The notes under the pieces: model-generated
The model's input: only the letters and a program-made list of their open reading frames with translations
The model's database searches: none
What the model was told of the DNA's origin: nothing
Translations under genes and position numbers: made by a program
Shown: positions 44,347 to 56,994 of the stretch, in pieces
Numbering within the stretch: position 1 is the stretch's first letter
Layout: each line of letters begins with the position of its first letter
From: Octopus vulgaris
Taxonomy: Eukaryota
DNA: 64,000 nucleotides
Assembly (NCBI GenBank): GCA_951406725.2
Contig: OX597833.1
Coordinates: forward strand, 1,550,001-1,614,000
Reading direction: 5' to 3'

Positions 44347-44550
44347 TACTCTCTCTCTTTTACTCTTTAACTTGTTTCAGTCATTTGACTGCGGCCGTGC
44401 TGGGGCACCGCCTTTAGTCGAGCAAATCGACCCCGGTACTTATTCTTTGTAAGCCCAGTACTTATTCTATCGGTCTCTTTTGCCGAACCGCTAAGTTGTC
44501 AAGCAATGCTAGGGGGACAAACACAGACAGACAAACACACACACACAAAC

Positions 44551-44609
<59 letters not shown>

Positions 44610-44734
44610 TACGACAGGCTTCTTTCAGTTTCCGTCTACTAAATCCACTCACAAGGTATTGGTCGGCCCGGGGCTATAGCAGAAGACACTTGCCCAAGAT
44701 GCCACGCTACTTACCACACAGCCACTCCTGCGCC
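44347..44734 (-). mobile_element. SINE A with two internal deletions
   Basis: Matches the other family A copies. Confidence 0.92.
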
Positions 44735-44996
44735 TATGTGTATTTACAGTTACAAAGTAGTATCAAAATTGTAAATCATTAATACATTATGCAGAAACTA
44801 TCGTGATCTCACTATAACAGATAATATTCTTTACGTCAGAAATAAAAAAACTGCTAGAAAATGTCTACGTGACAGAGATGAATCAGATTTGACAAACTAA
44901 ATTCATGTCGTATCATACGTGTATCTCAGTCGAATCTCAAGCAGCTAATATTCATTTTGAAAGACGCTAAAGCGATTGTGCTAGCTCACCATCACA

Positions 44997-45020
44997 ATAG
45001 TAGTAGTAGTAGTAGTAGTG

Positions 45021-45117
<97 letters not shown>

Positions 45118-45203
45118 GAGTGGTGGTGGTGTGGTGGTGGCGGTAGTGGTAGTAGTAGTAGTAGTAGGAGGAGGAGGAGGAGCAACAGTAGTAGTATTAC
45201 CAA

Positions 45204-45255
<52 letters not shown>

Positions 45256-45280
45256 TATAGTAGTAGTAGCAGTAGTAGTG
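44997..45280. repeat. (TAG)n microsatellite
   Basis: Directly visible. Confidence 0.97.
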
Positions 45281-45339
45281 GAAGTAAAAATAATTTCTTT
45301 CCATTATAGACTTGAAATTTTGCGGAAATTTTGCTGATT

Positions 45340-45860
45340 ACATGGACCCAAGTGTCTAACTGGTATTTATTTTATCTTCTTCCAATATTTGGATGGCAAA
45401 TTCGACCTCGGCGCTATTTGAACTCTGCGTTCAAAGACAGAATGAATGCCACTAAGCGTTTTGTGCGTCATGCTAATGCTTCTTTCCTATTCTAGGCACA
45501 AGGCCCAATACTTTTGGTGAGGGGACCAGTCGATTAGATCGACCCCAGTACGCAACAGGTACTTAAGTTTTCGACTCCGAAAGGATGAAAGGTAAAGTCG
45601 ATCTCGGCGGAATTTGAACTCAGAACATAAAGACTCAGACCCATGATTCTTTTCTACTCTAGGCACAAGGCCCGAAATTTTGTGGAGGGGGCCAGTCGAT
45701 TAGATCGACCCCAGTATGCAACTGGTACTTAATTTATCGACGCCCGAAAGGATGAAAGGCAAAATCGACCTCGGCGGAATTTGAACTCAGAACGTAAAGA
45801 CAGACGAACTCCTGCCAAGCATTTCACCCGGCGTGCTAACATCTCTGCCAGCGCACTGTC
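45340..45860 (-). mobile_element. SINE B2 tandem array (2-3 units)
   Basis: Repeated CTAGGCACAAGGCCC...GAAAGGATGAAAGG...GAATTTGAACTCAGAAC units. Confidence 0.85.
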
Positions 45861-46062
45861 TTTATGACTAAAACATGTTCTGCTATAAGTAAAAGGCTTG
45901 AAATTTTGCGGGGAGGGGTCAAGTCGATTTGGCCCGGAATGTATTTACTTTACTCACATAGTCAGCCTGATTCCAAAATGGTATGATATGTTGGACTACG
46001 GCCTCTAAGATTAAAGTTGAAAAAGTGTGACACAATGTCACACTGACATTCGCATTTATTAT

Positions 46063-46118
<56 letters not shown>

Positions 46119-46189
46119 TACACACACACAACACAAACACACACATATATATATATATATATATTTATATATAAATATATATATGAGAG

Positions 46190-46544
46190 GCGTGTGCTGT
46201 CGTCTCCTACGATTTAGATTCCTAACTACTCCCACATTTTGCGGTGCAGTTTAACCAAAACCGGGTATCTTATAGTCGTAATTCATATCAAGCCCTTCTG
46301 GGTATTAGCGCGCGTCTACGATGAGTCTACGATTTAAAAACAAAATTACCATCAATTTTTCCCATTTTCAATGCATTTTTGGCATATATAAGGGAAGTAA
46401 CTCTCTAAAAATTTATCATTAAATCTCAGAACGTAAAAAGCTACATTGTACCAGCCCCATTTGTGGTTAGCAATATTGATGGCTATTATACCATCTCTAA
46501 AAATCGTTATATATATTTCCCTTACAAACCCGTGCAACGCCGGG

Positions 46545-46549
<5 letters not shown>
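46190..46549 (+). mobile_element. Non-autonomous Helitron, same family, ends eroded into (TA)n
   Basis: Reverse complement of 43883-44275 including the hairpin CCCGTGCAACGCCGGG; CTAG missing. Confidence 0.88.
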
Positions 46550-46593
<44 letters not shown>

Positions 46594-46717
46594 ATTTTGC
46601 TTAAATAATGGAACTGCAGATACACAATCCTTACATATCTCGCGTCTATTTTCATTCCTCCACTCTGTATTTCATATCTTCTGTATAATAACTATTACTT
46701 AAACATTTTCTCGCAGC

Positions 46718-46765
46718 GTCTCTGACGAAGGGATGTATAAAATATCCCGGAAACAGCTGTAAGAC
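46718..46765 (+). ncRNA. Type I hammerhead ribozyme motif
   Basis: GUCU-CUGACGA-A-GGGAUGU/AUAUCCC-G-GAAA-CAGCUG-UA-AGAC; palindromic stem III, GUA site at 46761. Confidence 0.8.
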
Positions 46766-46846
46766 CTTCTCTTTATATATATCCTGAAATCCTTCACAGC
46801 CTTGGATTTTTTAATTTCATTCTGTTAATTTCTATATATGTGTATA

Positions 46847-46909
<63 letters not shown>

Positions 46910-47294
46910 ACACATAAGGATAGCATATTATAATGGAAAACTCATTGAAATACTAGGGCTGGGAACCACTGTACGATACACACAAAACCTGAACTTTTGG
47001 GGCAGATTGCTATTCATTACCTGAACCAACCTCAGCACTTGACTGGTACTTATTTTATGGACCCCGAAGATTTGTCTTTGATCTTTTCCGTTTTTACATT
47101 CTGAGTTTAAATCCGCCGAAGTCGACTTTGCCTGTTTTATCTTTTAAATAAATACCGGTCAAACACAGGGGTTGATGTAATCGACTTAACTTGTTCCCCA
47201 AAGTGCTTGCCTTGTGCCGCAATTTGAAACCGGATCGAATCTTTCGCATTTCTCCGCAGCTGTTACGTTCCAAAACGCACCGCGATGTACTGTA

Positions 47295-47706
47295 TACTCT
47301 TTTACTCTTTTACTTGTTTCAGTCATTTGACTGCGGCCATGCTGGAGCACCGCCTTCAGTCGAGCAACTCGGCCGCGGCACTTATTCTTTGTAAGCCCAG
47401 TACTTATTCTATCGGTCTCTTTTTGCCGAACCGCTAATTTACGGGGACGTAAACACACCAGCATCGGTTGTCAAGCAATGCTAGGGGGACAAACACAGAC
47501 ACACAAACACACACACACATACACACACATATATATATATATTCGACGGGCTTCTTTCGGTTTCCGTCTACCAAATCCACTCACAAGGCTTTGGTCGGCC
47601 CGAAGCTATAGTAGAAGACACTTGCTCAAGGTGCCACGCAGTGGGACTGAACCCGGAACCATGTGGTTAGTAAGCAAGCTACTTACCACACAGCCACTCC
47701 TGCGCC
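47295..47706 (-). mobile_element. SINE A, full length
   Basis: Matches the other family A copies. Confidence 0.95.
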
Positions 47707-48559
47707 TACGCAGGAGTGGCTGTGTGGTAATATACTCCTGCGTATATTTATTTTTTATTATTTTTTATAATTTGTATATATTTATATTATAGTAAATGCA
47801 TAACAAAACCACAGAGCAATCGACGTAAGCTTCAATAAGAAACCGCGATATGTGAACCGCGATATGTGAACCGCGATATGGCGAAGGATTGCTGTATAAT
47901 AAGAGAAGAAGCTGGCGAGAGAAAGAAATACTTTCAAAGACAATGACTGAATCAAGAACGACATTTTGAATTGTAATTAAACTCCAAATAGGCTGATCAT
48001 AACAATACAATACTCTCTGTCTTTCTTTCCCTTTCATTTTTCCTTTCTTTCTTTCTCTCTCTCGTCCTTCCCCCCCCCCCATCTTTCTCTCTTTCTTCCT
48101 TTCAGCTAAAATCCAAATTGACATCTTGAAATGTCATTCAGCTTCATCCACCTATGTATCACATATACATTTATCTCTTTCTTCTGCTTCTTCTTCTCTT
48201 TTCTCTCAACTCCGTCTCCCCCCTCTCTGTCCCCTCCCCTCCGCCTATTTCTTTCTGTCTTTTTCCCTCTCATTTCTCTATATCTCTTTTCTTTCTCTTT
48301 CTTCCTTGTCCTTCATGTCTCTGCCTCTTTCTCCGTTTCATAAAAAAAAAGCAGAATTGAAATGTCATTTAGTATCAATCACTCGTTAATCAGGGACCAT
48401 CCCTAAATACATCCTTCTATTTCCTCTTCTGTCTCCTCTGTTTTCCCCTCTCTCTCCCTCCTCTCTCCCCCATCCCTTCTTCTTTTGTCCTGCTTTTCTA
48501 AACAAAACAAAACATCTTCTTTTCGATTTCTATAAAAAGCAAAGAAATTTTCTGTGAAA

Positions 48560-48602
48560 CTTATCTGAAGAATACCCATCAACGGTCGAAAACGTTAATA
48601 AG
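48560..48602 (+). ncRNA. Minimal type I hammerhead ribozyme motif
   Basis: CUUAU-CUGAAGA-AU-ACC/GGU-C-GAAA-ACGU-UA-AUAAG; perfect 5 bp stem I, palindromic loop 3. Confidence 0.75.
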
Positions 48603-48767
48603 CAATTATCCAAAATTATGACTGCTTCCTTTACAACACCTGCACATCATTGAAAATACCACACACACGCACATACACACACGTGTGCGCGCACTTAATA
48701 ATAATAATGAGAACGGAGATTTTCCACAACTGTAATTTTATTAAACAATTATTTAGAGCATATTTTC

Positions 48768-48855
48768 TGGACCTACGATCGTTTCGATTACATCGACTGC
48801 GCACTGTTAGATATGCATCCTGGGGTATCTGTCTGTACAGTTTCGTCAGGAGGAC
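48768..48855 (-). ncRNA. Hammerhead motif, paralogue of 26483-26571, stem I disrupted by an inversion junction
   Basis: Minus CUGACGA-AACUG...GAAA-CGAUCG-UA-GGUCCA; flanks match 26575-26640 (inverted) and 26760-26850 (direct). Confidence 0.7.
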
Positions 48856-48951
48856 CGTTGAGGTTAACTGGTATATGAAACCGATTTAAGAGGAAACATG
48901 GTAACCGCCAGAATTATATATCTCTTTAAACTCATTATATATATATATATA

Positions 48952-49158
48952 TTACTCTTTTACTCTTTTACTTGTTTCAGGCATTTGACTGCGGCCATGC
49001 TGGAGCACCGCCTTTAGTCGAGCAAATCGACCCCGGGACGTATTCTTTGTAAGCCCAGTACTTATTCTATCGGTCTCTTTTGCCGAGACGCTAAGTGACG
49101 GGGACATAAACACACCAGCATCGGTTGTCAAGCAATGCTAAGGGGACAAACACACATA

Positions 49159-49210
<52 letters not shown>

Positions 49211-49375
49211 TACGACAGGCTTCTTTCCGTTTCCGTCTACCAAATCCACTCACAAGGCATTGGTCGGCCCGGGGCTATAGCAGAAGACACTTGCCCAAGA
49301 TGCCACGCAGCGGGACTGAACCCGGAACCATGTGGTTGGTTAGCAAGCTACTTACCACACAGCCACTCCTGCGCC
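48952..49375 (-). mobile_element. SINE A, full length
   Basis: Matches the other family A copies. Confidence 0.95.
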
Positions 49376-49389
49376 TATATATATATATG

Positions 49390-50020
49390 TCTTAGCGAAA
49401 TCACATTATTGTTGGTGATACAGCATCCTGTTGCAGCTGTAAGACATCTGTTTGGTCGACACTAATTTTCAAATTACTGGAGTCCGTTGCTCTACTCATA
49501 GTGACGTATAACTGGCTGTTACCCCATGATCTAAAGTTTGTCCCTGTGCTTTGTTTACTGTGAATGCGCGAGCAGAACCTTTACAAATCTGCCCATCTAC
49601 GATGTGAAATAAAGGGATATTATCGCAAATCTAAACCCTCTAAATTTACAAACTATACGGCGGATTAGTGGTGGTAGGGAATCCAGAGTTAATCTTCGTC
49701 GCCGGAATTTTAATTTTAAAAAATATCAAAGGTGATTTATTAATACAGAACTCCATATTGCTAATTGTTCATACACCGATTAAAGATGCGCCAAAGACTT
49801 TACAACCATTCCTTAATAAAGCTGTCTTAAACTAATACTTTCATATATTGCGCAATTTAGTGGAGAAGAATTACCCTAAATATCCGCAAAATGATCATAC
49901 TTTTTCGCGTTTTTTCTTCGCTAAAAACTTTCCTGAACACCTCCTACGTAATCCCGAAAAATATCGTGACCATTGGTCCAGCCGCTTAACCGTGAAGGGG
50001 AAACAGACAGACGGATTATA
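49390..50020 (-). mobile_element. Deleted autonomous Helitron remnant (PIF1-like helicase C-terminus)
   Basis: Minus ARAFTVNKAQGQTLD-HG...QLYVTMSRATDSSNLKI (49460-49575) matches the Helitron helicase pattern AMTINKAQGQTL / HGQLYVAxSRV. The extent beyond 49600 is inferred. Confidence 0.75.
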
Positions 50021-50693
50021 GTAACACACACACACACACACATACACACACACAAGAGTGGGAGTTGGTGTATGTGTCCGTGTGTGTAAAGGTATGCATG
50101 CGAAAGTATTTTCACATAAGCAAGCTGTATACGTCTTTTGAAGAAGAGAAATTTTATGCCAATTTCGATATGAAAATAAAAATCACTATGTAAATGGATT
50201 CTAGGCAGCCATACGAATCTGTGTTCCGTGTTTCGTATGCAATCAACACCCCCACTTCACACACACACACATACACACACACACACACACACACTTATGG
50301 CTGCAGACATCAAAGTCCGTTCACACGTAACACTCTTATGTATTGATAAATGTTTCTTTTGAAGTGTACGGCTCAAACAGCGGTATTTTTACATAGAGAC
50401 GCCACCTAAAGCCTACAAGCAATTACGGTTGAATATATTCGGCTCTCAACACCGTTGTTCCTTTTCACAAATCTCATTTTTGGTTTTGCTTATGTATTCT
50501 CTGCATGGATTTATGTCAGTAATGAACCGCAGCACATCGAATTAAACAAACATTATTTCTTCTTGTAACCGCAGCGTTGTTTCTGAATATGCGCAACTAT
50601 ATCCACTCATCTACCTATACATTTAACCTAATGTGCTCTTACTTGTCCCACTTGCCGCTGTCCGTATAAATGTATGCGATTATAATTGTAACT

Positions 50694-50777
<84 letters not shown>

Positions 50778-50816
50778 GAGTGGGAGTTGGTGTATGTGTG
50801 TGTGTAAATATATATG

Positions 50817-50887
<71 letters not shown>

Positions 50888-51253
50888 TGTGCATTGTACA
50901 TTTATATGAATAATCTATAGTCTATTGAGTAGTTTTCCACATGCTAGGCCACTGGTAGTAAAAAATTCTATAATTTTTTTCCTACCTGATATTTATTAAT
51001 TGTACATACATAAATACACACACACACACACACACACACATACATATATATGTCTTACATTCCTCCCCTCCACAACCAGAAACTATAAAATGATTAAAAT
51101 CCCCAGCAAAGGAACTCATTTTCATTTGAAAACCCCACTAGAATGGGAGAAAGCGCTAATGAACTAAGTGATATGATATATATGTAAAAAAATGTAATAT
51201 ATAAATAAATATCTGTAAATACAAACCATCCGATCTTCTGATTACCTCATTTC

Positions 51254-51311
<58 letters not shown>

Positions 51312-51315
<4 letters not shown>

Positions 51316-52485
51316 CTTACATGTAAGAGACCAAAGTGTACGTAGACCGCTATATGTTTTATATATAAAAAATATAAAATGGGACAAGAACGCAAAACAT
51401 TCCGACAGGTGATACAAAAAAAGAAGAGGGAAATTGAACCTGAAGAGAAGGCAAGGAAATGTGTGAAAGAGGAGGAACTAAAGAACGAAGAGTGGAATGA
51501 ACGGAGTAATCGTGTGAAAGGGCTGATGTAAAGAATGAAAGAAGAAAGAATGAAAGAATAATAGAAAGAATAGAATCGTACAAAATTTAGATAGATATAT
51601 ACTTACACATACGAGACCAAAATGTACGTACGCCGCTATATGTTTTACTAGCAGTATCGCCCGGCGTTGCTCGGGTTTGTAAGGGAAATAACTGTAATGC
51701 ATTTTTAGAGAGTTATAGCCAAAAAGTAGCAAAAAAATGCATTAAAATTGGAAAAAAAAAATGGTGGTAAATTTTTTTAAAAATCGTTGACTTATCGCAG
51801 ACATTTTTAGAGTTACTTCCCTTATATAATAGCGAAAAAATGCATTAAAATGGAAAAAATGATGGTAAATTATTTTTTAAATCGTAGACTCATCGTAGAC
51901 GCGCGCTAATACCCAGAAGGGCTCGATATGAATCACGACTATAAGATACCCGGTTTTGGTTAAACTGCATCGCAAAATGTGGGAGTAGTTAGGAATCTAA
52001 ATCGTAGGAGACAGACACACAACTTCACTTTTATATATAAAGATATATAATAAAAAATACAAATTGGGACAAGAACGCAAAACACCCAGACAGTTAGGTG
52101 ATACAAAAGGGGACAGCAAAACATCCAGACAGACGATACAAAGAAAACAAGCAAGGGTCATTCGGAGTTTTCTTTCCTCGTTGTGTTCTGTTATTTGTAT
52201 CTGTGTAACATTCTCCGTTTTTTTATCCGTCCTTGTTTTCCTATACATTCGTTGCTTTCTTCCAAGGAATCTAATGCTCTTAGCTTAGTTTTTCCTTGGG
52301 GCTGGCCAGATTGGAGCAATCTCAAGTACAACCAGCCAAAATTGCAAAAATAATCTGGAACTCGACTGAGGAAAGAAAACTCCGAATGACCCGTCCTTGT
52401 TTTCTTTGTATCGTCTATCTATATGCTTTGTTGTCCCTTTTATGTATCACCTAACTGTCTGCATGTTTGATATCCTTGTCCCATT
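51312..52485. mobile_element. Tandem plus inverted non-coding element in (TA)n, interrupted by a Helitron
   Basis: 51312-51420 is repeated at 51598-51647 plus 52044-52110; 52060-52180 is inverted at 52367-52485. Confidence 0.7.
51648..52043 (-). mobile_element. Non-autonomous Helitron with visible empty site
   Basis: TC...hairpin-CTAG; the paralogous site near 51350 reads TATGTTTTA^TATATAA with no duplication. Confidence 0.93.
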
Positions 52486-52492
52486 GTGTGTG

Positions 52493-52554
<62 letters not shown>

Positions 52555-52555
<1 letters not shown>

Positions 52556-52672
52556 GTGGGGCTTCTTTCAGTTTCCTTCTACCAAATCTGCCCAAAGTTT
52601 CGCGCAGTGGGACTGAACCCAAAACTATGTGGTTGGGAAGCAAACTTCTTATCACGGAATCATGCTTGTGCC
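52555..52672 (-). mobile_element. SINE A 5' fragment
   Basis: GCAGTGGGACTGAACCC...GTGGTTGGGAAGCAA. Confidence 0.75.
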
Positions 52673-53172
52673 TATATATTATACTATATTATATTTAGAT
52701 ACATACATATGTACGTACGTACGTACGTACGAACAGAAGGCATGACAAACAAAAGAATTTCTTTATAAATGATTTACTCGTATCAGGTTAGGTCGGTGAT
52801 CCATAAGGAAGGTAAATGCCCGTTCAAACAGTAACTCTATCGGTCGACCGAATATTGTTCGAATAAGCAATCTAATTATAAGTGGAATATTAGCGAGTAG
52901 AGACAGACATCAAATTCAAAAGAAATTATGATCAGTGATACTTTTATGAATTCAAGTAGCAAACTCTTGGATCTCGCAGCTCCCAGTTACTTTCGAATGG
53001 CGTCCATATTGTCAAATTGTAATGATGAGCTTGTGACAGGTTATAAGTCATAATCCAAAATACACCGCCCGTCTAAATAGAAGTGACTACACGTTTATAT
53101 ATATTTATTACACACATGTGAGTGAGAACACTTTGAGATATTTTTGGTATCTAACATATGTCAGATACTGCG

Positions 53173-53276
53173 AGCGCTGCTTCTGATTGGTCAATCCATG
53201 GTGATGACCCGAGGTCACGGTGACAGCGCTGCTTCTGATTGGTCAATTCATGGTGATGACCCAAGGTCACGGTGAC
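53173..53276. repeat. Two tandem 52 bp units
   Basis: AGCGCTGCTTCTGATTGGTCAATYCATGGTGATGACCCRAGGTCACGGTGAC x2. Confidence 0.92.
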
Positions 53277-53372
53277 GGCACTACTTTTGTCATTCATAAG
53301 TTACAACTAAACGTGAAGAATTTAGTTATTGGGTTAATAAAATATGGTCGTTTATTCGTGTGTAATAAATAA

Positions 53373-53451
53373 AATACCAAACGAGTTCCCTATGGATACC
53401 GTATTTATTACGGTAATAAATACGGTATCCATAGGAAACTCGTTTGGTATT
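53373..53451. repeat. Near-perfect ~79 bp palindrome
   Basis: AATACCAAACGAGTTCCCTATGGATACCGTATTTATTAC-G-GTAATAAATACGGTATCCATAGGAAACTCGTTTGGTATT. Confidence 0.95.
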
Positions 53452-53480
53452 CTCTCTGTATATATATATATGGCAAGAAG

Positions 53481-54086
53481 AAAATGGAGCGGGATACAGA
53501 AATAGTATACATCAACTGTTAGATATTATATTGTGTCTTTTTATTTATACTAAACGTTTATGATAATATATACATATGTAAAGACTGTGGATTATATACA
53601 TACCTACTAGTAATTCATAGAATAGAAAAAAGAATTACTGGTATATATGTATGTACTACACAGTCTTTACATATGTATATATTCTCATAAATGTTTTAGA
53701 ATAAATAGACATAAGATAATGTCTGGAGGCGCAATGGCCCAGTGGTTAGGGCAACGGACTCGCGGTCGGAGGATCGCGCTTTCGATTCCCAGACCGGGTG
53801 TTGTGTGTGTTTATTGAGCGAAAACACTTATAAGCTCCACGAGGCTCCAGCAGGGGGTGGTGGCGATCCCTGTTGTACTCTTTCGCCACAACTTTCTCTC
53901 ACTCTCTCTTCTGTTTCTTGAGTAACGCTGCAATGGACTGGCATCCTGTCCAGCTGGGGGGAACACATACGCCACAGAAACCGGGAAACCGGGCCCATGA
54001 GCCTGGCTAGGCTTGAAAAGGGGCGCATAAATAAGTAATATAATGTCTAACAGTAGATGTATACTATTTCTTTATCCCTTCCATTT
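53481..54086. mobile_element. Fold-back (MITE-like) element split by a SINE D
   Basis: Arm 53481-53620 versus 53632-53724 plus 54049-54086. Confidence 0.75.
53725..54039 (+). mobile_element. SINE D, tail type 3 (shared with SINE C), 9 bp TSD
   Basis: TSD ATAATGTCT at 53716-53724 and 54040-54048. Confidence 0.92.
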
Positions 54087-54190
54087 GAAAGCAAAACCCA
54101 TGGACGGGGTCTTAATGCCATCAGAACATATAACTTTATACAAAACGTCCAAGAAATAATTGATAAAACTCCTCGGGTAAATGAAAAACT

Positions 54191-54225
54191 CTTTACGTTT
54201 CGAGCCTACGCTCTTCAGCAGAAAG
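54191..54225 (-). ncRNA. Variant-core minimal hammerhead, paralogue of 17570-17605
   Basis: Minus UUU-CUGCUGA-A-GAGC-GUAG-GCUC-GAAA-CG-UA-AAG. Confidence 0.5.
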
Positions 54226-55126
54226 GAAGAAGAGGAAATAAACAGAAAGATAATATATAAAAAAAAATAAAAAATTGTGAAGTTAGCAGTGAAGCACGGT
54301 GATTGATTAGAAAAAATGTTTCAAGGAAAAGGTTGATAGAAGGGGAGATAATAAAATATTGGTGATCTCAAAATGAAGGTGCGCGCGCGCGTGTATATGT
54401 CAGAACGTGTGTGTGGATAGAGGTTAGTGACTTTGACGTATCTGGGTGCGTACGTCTGTAACGTGTGGCTACTCAGAATTTTTCGTGTGGTGATGCTATA
54501 TATACATATATACATGTGCATGTGTATAAATTTTGTAAGTAATACTTAACATATATCCAAATATCTATCTATCTGTGTACGCAGATTTCATATATCTACA
54601 CTGTATGTGTGAAATTATGTTTTCCTTGTTTTATTCCTTGGAGTACAGACATGCGGAGAACTTAATCGGGTCACCACTTTGATGTTTTTAGTGAACCACA
54701 TCTTCACCAGAATTTAGTTTTCCTTGGTAAGGTGAGATGAGAAACAAGACATTTGAAAGGGAGGAGGGGCACAGGAGAGTCAACAGCCTTCCAATATAGT
54801 CGGGGGTAGATGGCTCTCACCACTCATAGTGAAGACAATCCATCTGGGAGAAAGAAGTCTCTGAAAGAAAACCTGTTTACTGAAATCTTGTAATCAGCTG
54901 ATGCTATTTTGCACAGAAAAAAATTATGATCGTCTGTGGTCGACAGATAACAAGGAAAGAAATGCGCATGTGTAGCTGTGTAGTAAGAGGTTTGTTTCCC
55001 AACTACATGGTTCCGGGTTCACTCCCACCGCTTGGTACCTTGTGTGAGTGTCTTCTACTATAGGCTCAGGTCGACCAAAGATTTGTGAATGGATTTGTTA
55101 GACGGAAACTGAAGGAAACTCTCTTC

Positions 55127-55202
<76 letters not shown>

Positions 55203-55218
55203 GATATATATGCATATG

Positions 55219-55257
<39 letters not shown>

Positions 55258-55381
55258 GTGTATGTATATATATGCATATGTATATATATATATATATGTA
55301 TGTATGTATGTATATATATATATGCATATGTATATATATATATGCATATGTATATATATATATGCATATGTATATATATAT

Positions 55382-55429
<48 letters not shown>

Positions 55430-55502
55430 GTATATATATATATATATGTATGTATGTATATATATATATGCATATGTATATATATATATATATATATAAT
55501 AC

Positions 55503-55552
<50 letters not shown>

Positions 55553-55562
55553 TTATAGAAGG

Positions 55563-55613
55563 AGCTTCTACAGGACTAGAACTGTTTCATTCAAAAGAAA
55601 TCATCAGGAAGCT
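55563..55613 (-). ncRNA. Hammerhead motif, left arm of palindrome (identical to 3640-3690)
   Basis: Same 51 nt as 3640-3690. Confidence 0.75.
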
Positions 55614-55659
55614 TCCTGATGATTTCTTTGAATGAAACAGTTCTAGTCCTGTAGAAGCT
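55610..55659 (+). ncRNA. Hammerhead motif, right arm of palindrome
   Basis: AGCUUC-CUGAUGA-UUUCUUUGAAU-GAAA-CAG...CUG-UA-GAAGCU, followed by AATAAA. Confidence 0.75.
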
Positions 55660-55741
55660 CCTTCTATAAAATAAATTAATTTACTCTGCTATGTATTGAG
55701 TACCTTATTTACTGTGGTTAACCCCGACTCAACCCGGGACC

Positions 55742-55783
<42 letters not shown>

Positions 55784-56150
55784 CTCACACACAAACACAC
55801 ATACATGTACGTGTATATGTGTGAGTATGTGTGTGTGCACGTGCGTATGTGCGTGTGTGTATCTATGTGTATGTTCCTACGCTTGTGTGTATCTCTCACC
55901 AAATCTTGACAGCCGGTGTTGCTGTGTCTACGTCCCCGTAACACCGTGGTTCGGCAAAACAACCTGATACAATAAGTACCAGTCTTAAAATTAAGTTATG
56001 CGGTCGATTTGTTTGACTGAAACCCTTGAAGGCGATGCCCCAGTATGGCCGTAGTGAAATGGCTGAAAGATGTAGGATATAAAGGATAAAAGAAACAAGC
56101 ATATATGTGTGTGCGTGTGTGTGTGTCCGCATATCTGTGCCGTCTTTAGT

Positions 56151-56183
<33 letters not shown>

Positions 56184-56228
56184 TCCATATGTACACTTAC
56201 CATATATTCGTACCTACACACACGTATG

Positions 56229-56945
56229 TATTAGGTTGGAAAATGAGTTCTCTCGCTTCTCAAATTTAGAACAAAACATGGTTCTTCTGTCTTAAGTGAT
56301 ATATTCAATCAAGATAATTACTTCCGCTATTAAGAAATCAGTCCGAACTATTTGACAATTTCTTTTTCTCTGCGGCGAAGCGAAGAAACAATGCAACTTT
56401 TAACCTCTTCACAATTATTAAACTATTTTTCCTCTCAATAATGTTGGAATGATCTGAAGAGATGATAGTCTGATGGAGCAAGATTAAGAGAGTAAGTATG
56501 GTGAAGCAAAACTTCCGTATTTAGAGCCATATTTTCCGAAGTTTCATGTGCAATATGGGATGATGCATTATCGGTTAAGAAGCAGCCAACACACCTTTAC
56601 GATTGATTAAAGATGGCCGATGATCTGCAAATTGTCGTGCAATGCTTCGGTCTAACAATACTTTTCTGCATTTCTGCATTCCGTCTTGAGTTAATTCTTC
56701 GTGAGAGACAACATATTTGTTCAATCAAACTCAGAGTACTCTCTCTTTTACTCTTTTAATTGTTTCAGTCATTTGACTGCGGCCATGCTGGAGCACCGCC
56801 TTTAGTCGAGCAAATCGACCCCGGGACTTATCCATTGTAAGTCCAGTACTTATTCTATCGGTCTCTTTTGCCGAACCGCTAAGTGACGGAGACGTAAACA
56901 CACCAGCATCGGTTGTCAAGCAATGCTAGGGGGACAAACATACAA

Positions 56946-56994
<49 letters not shown>

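Larger units (their letters stand above)
54963..56098 (+). mobile_element. Old SINE A split in its TA tract by a hammerhead element
   Basis: 5' half 54963-55128, 3' half about 55800-56098. Confidence 0.8.
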
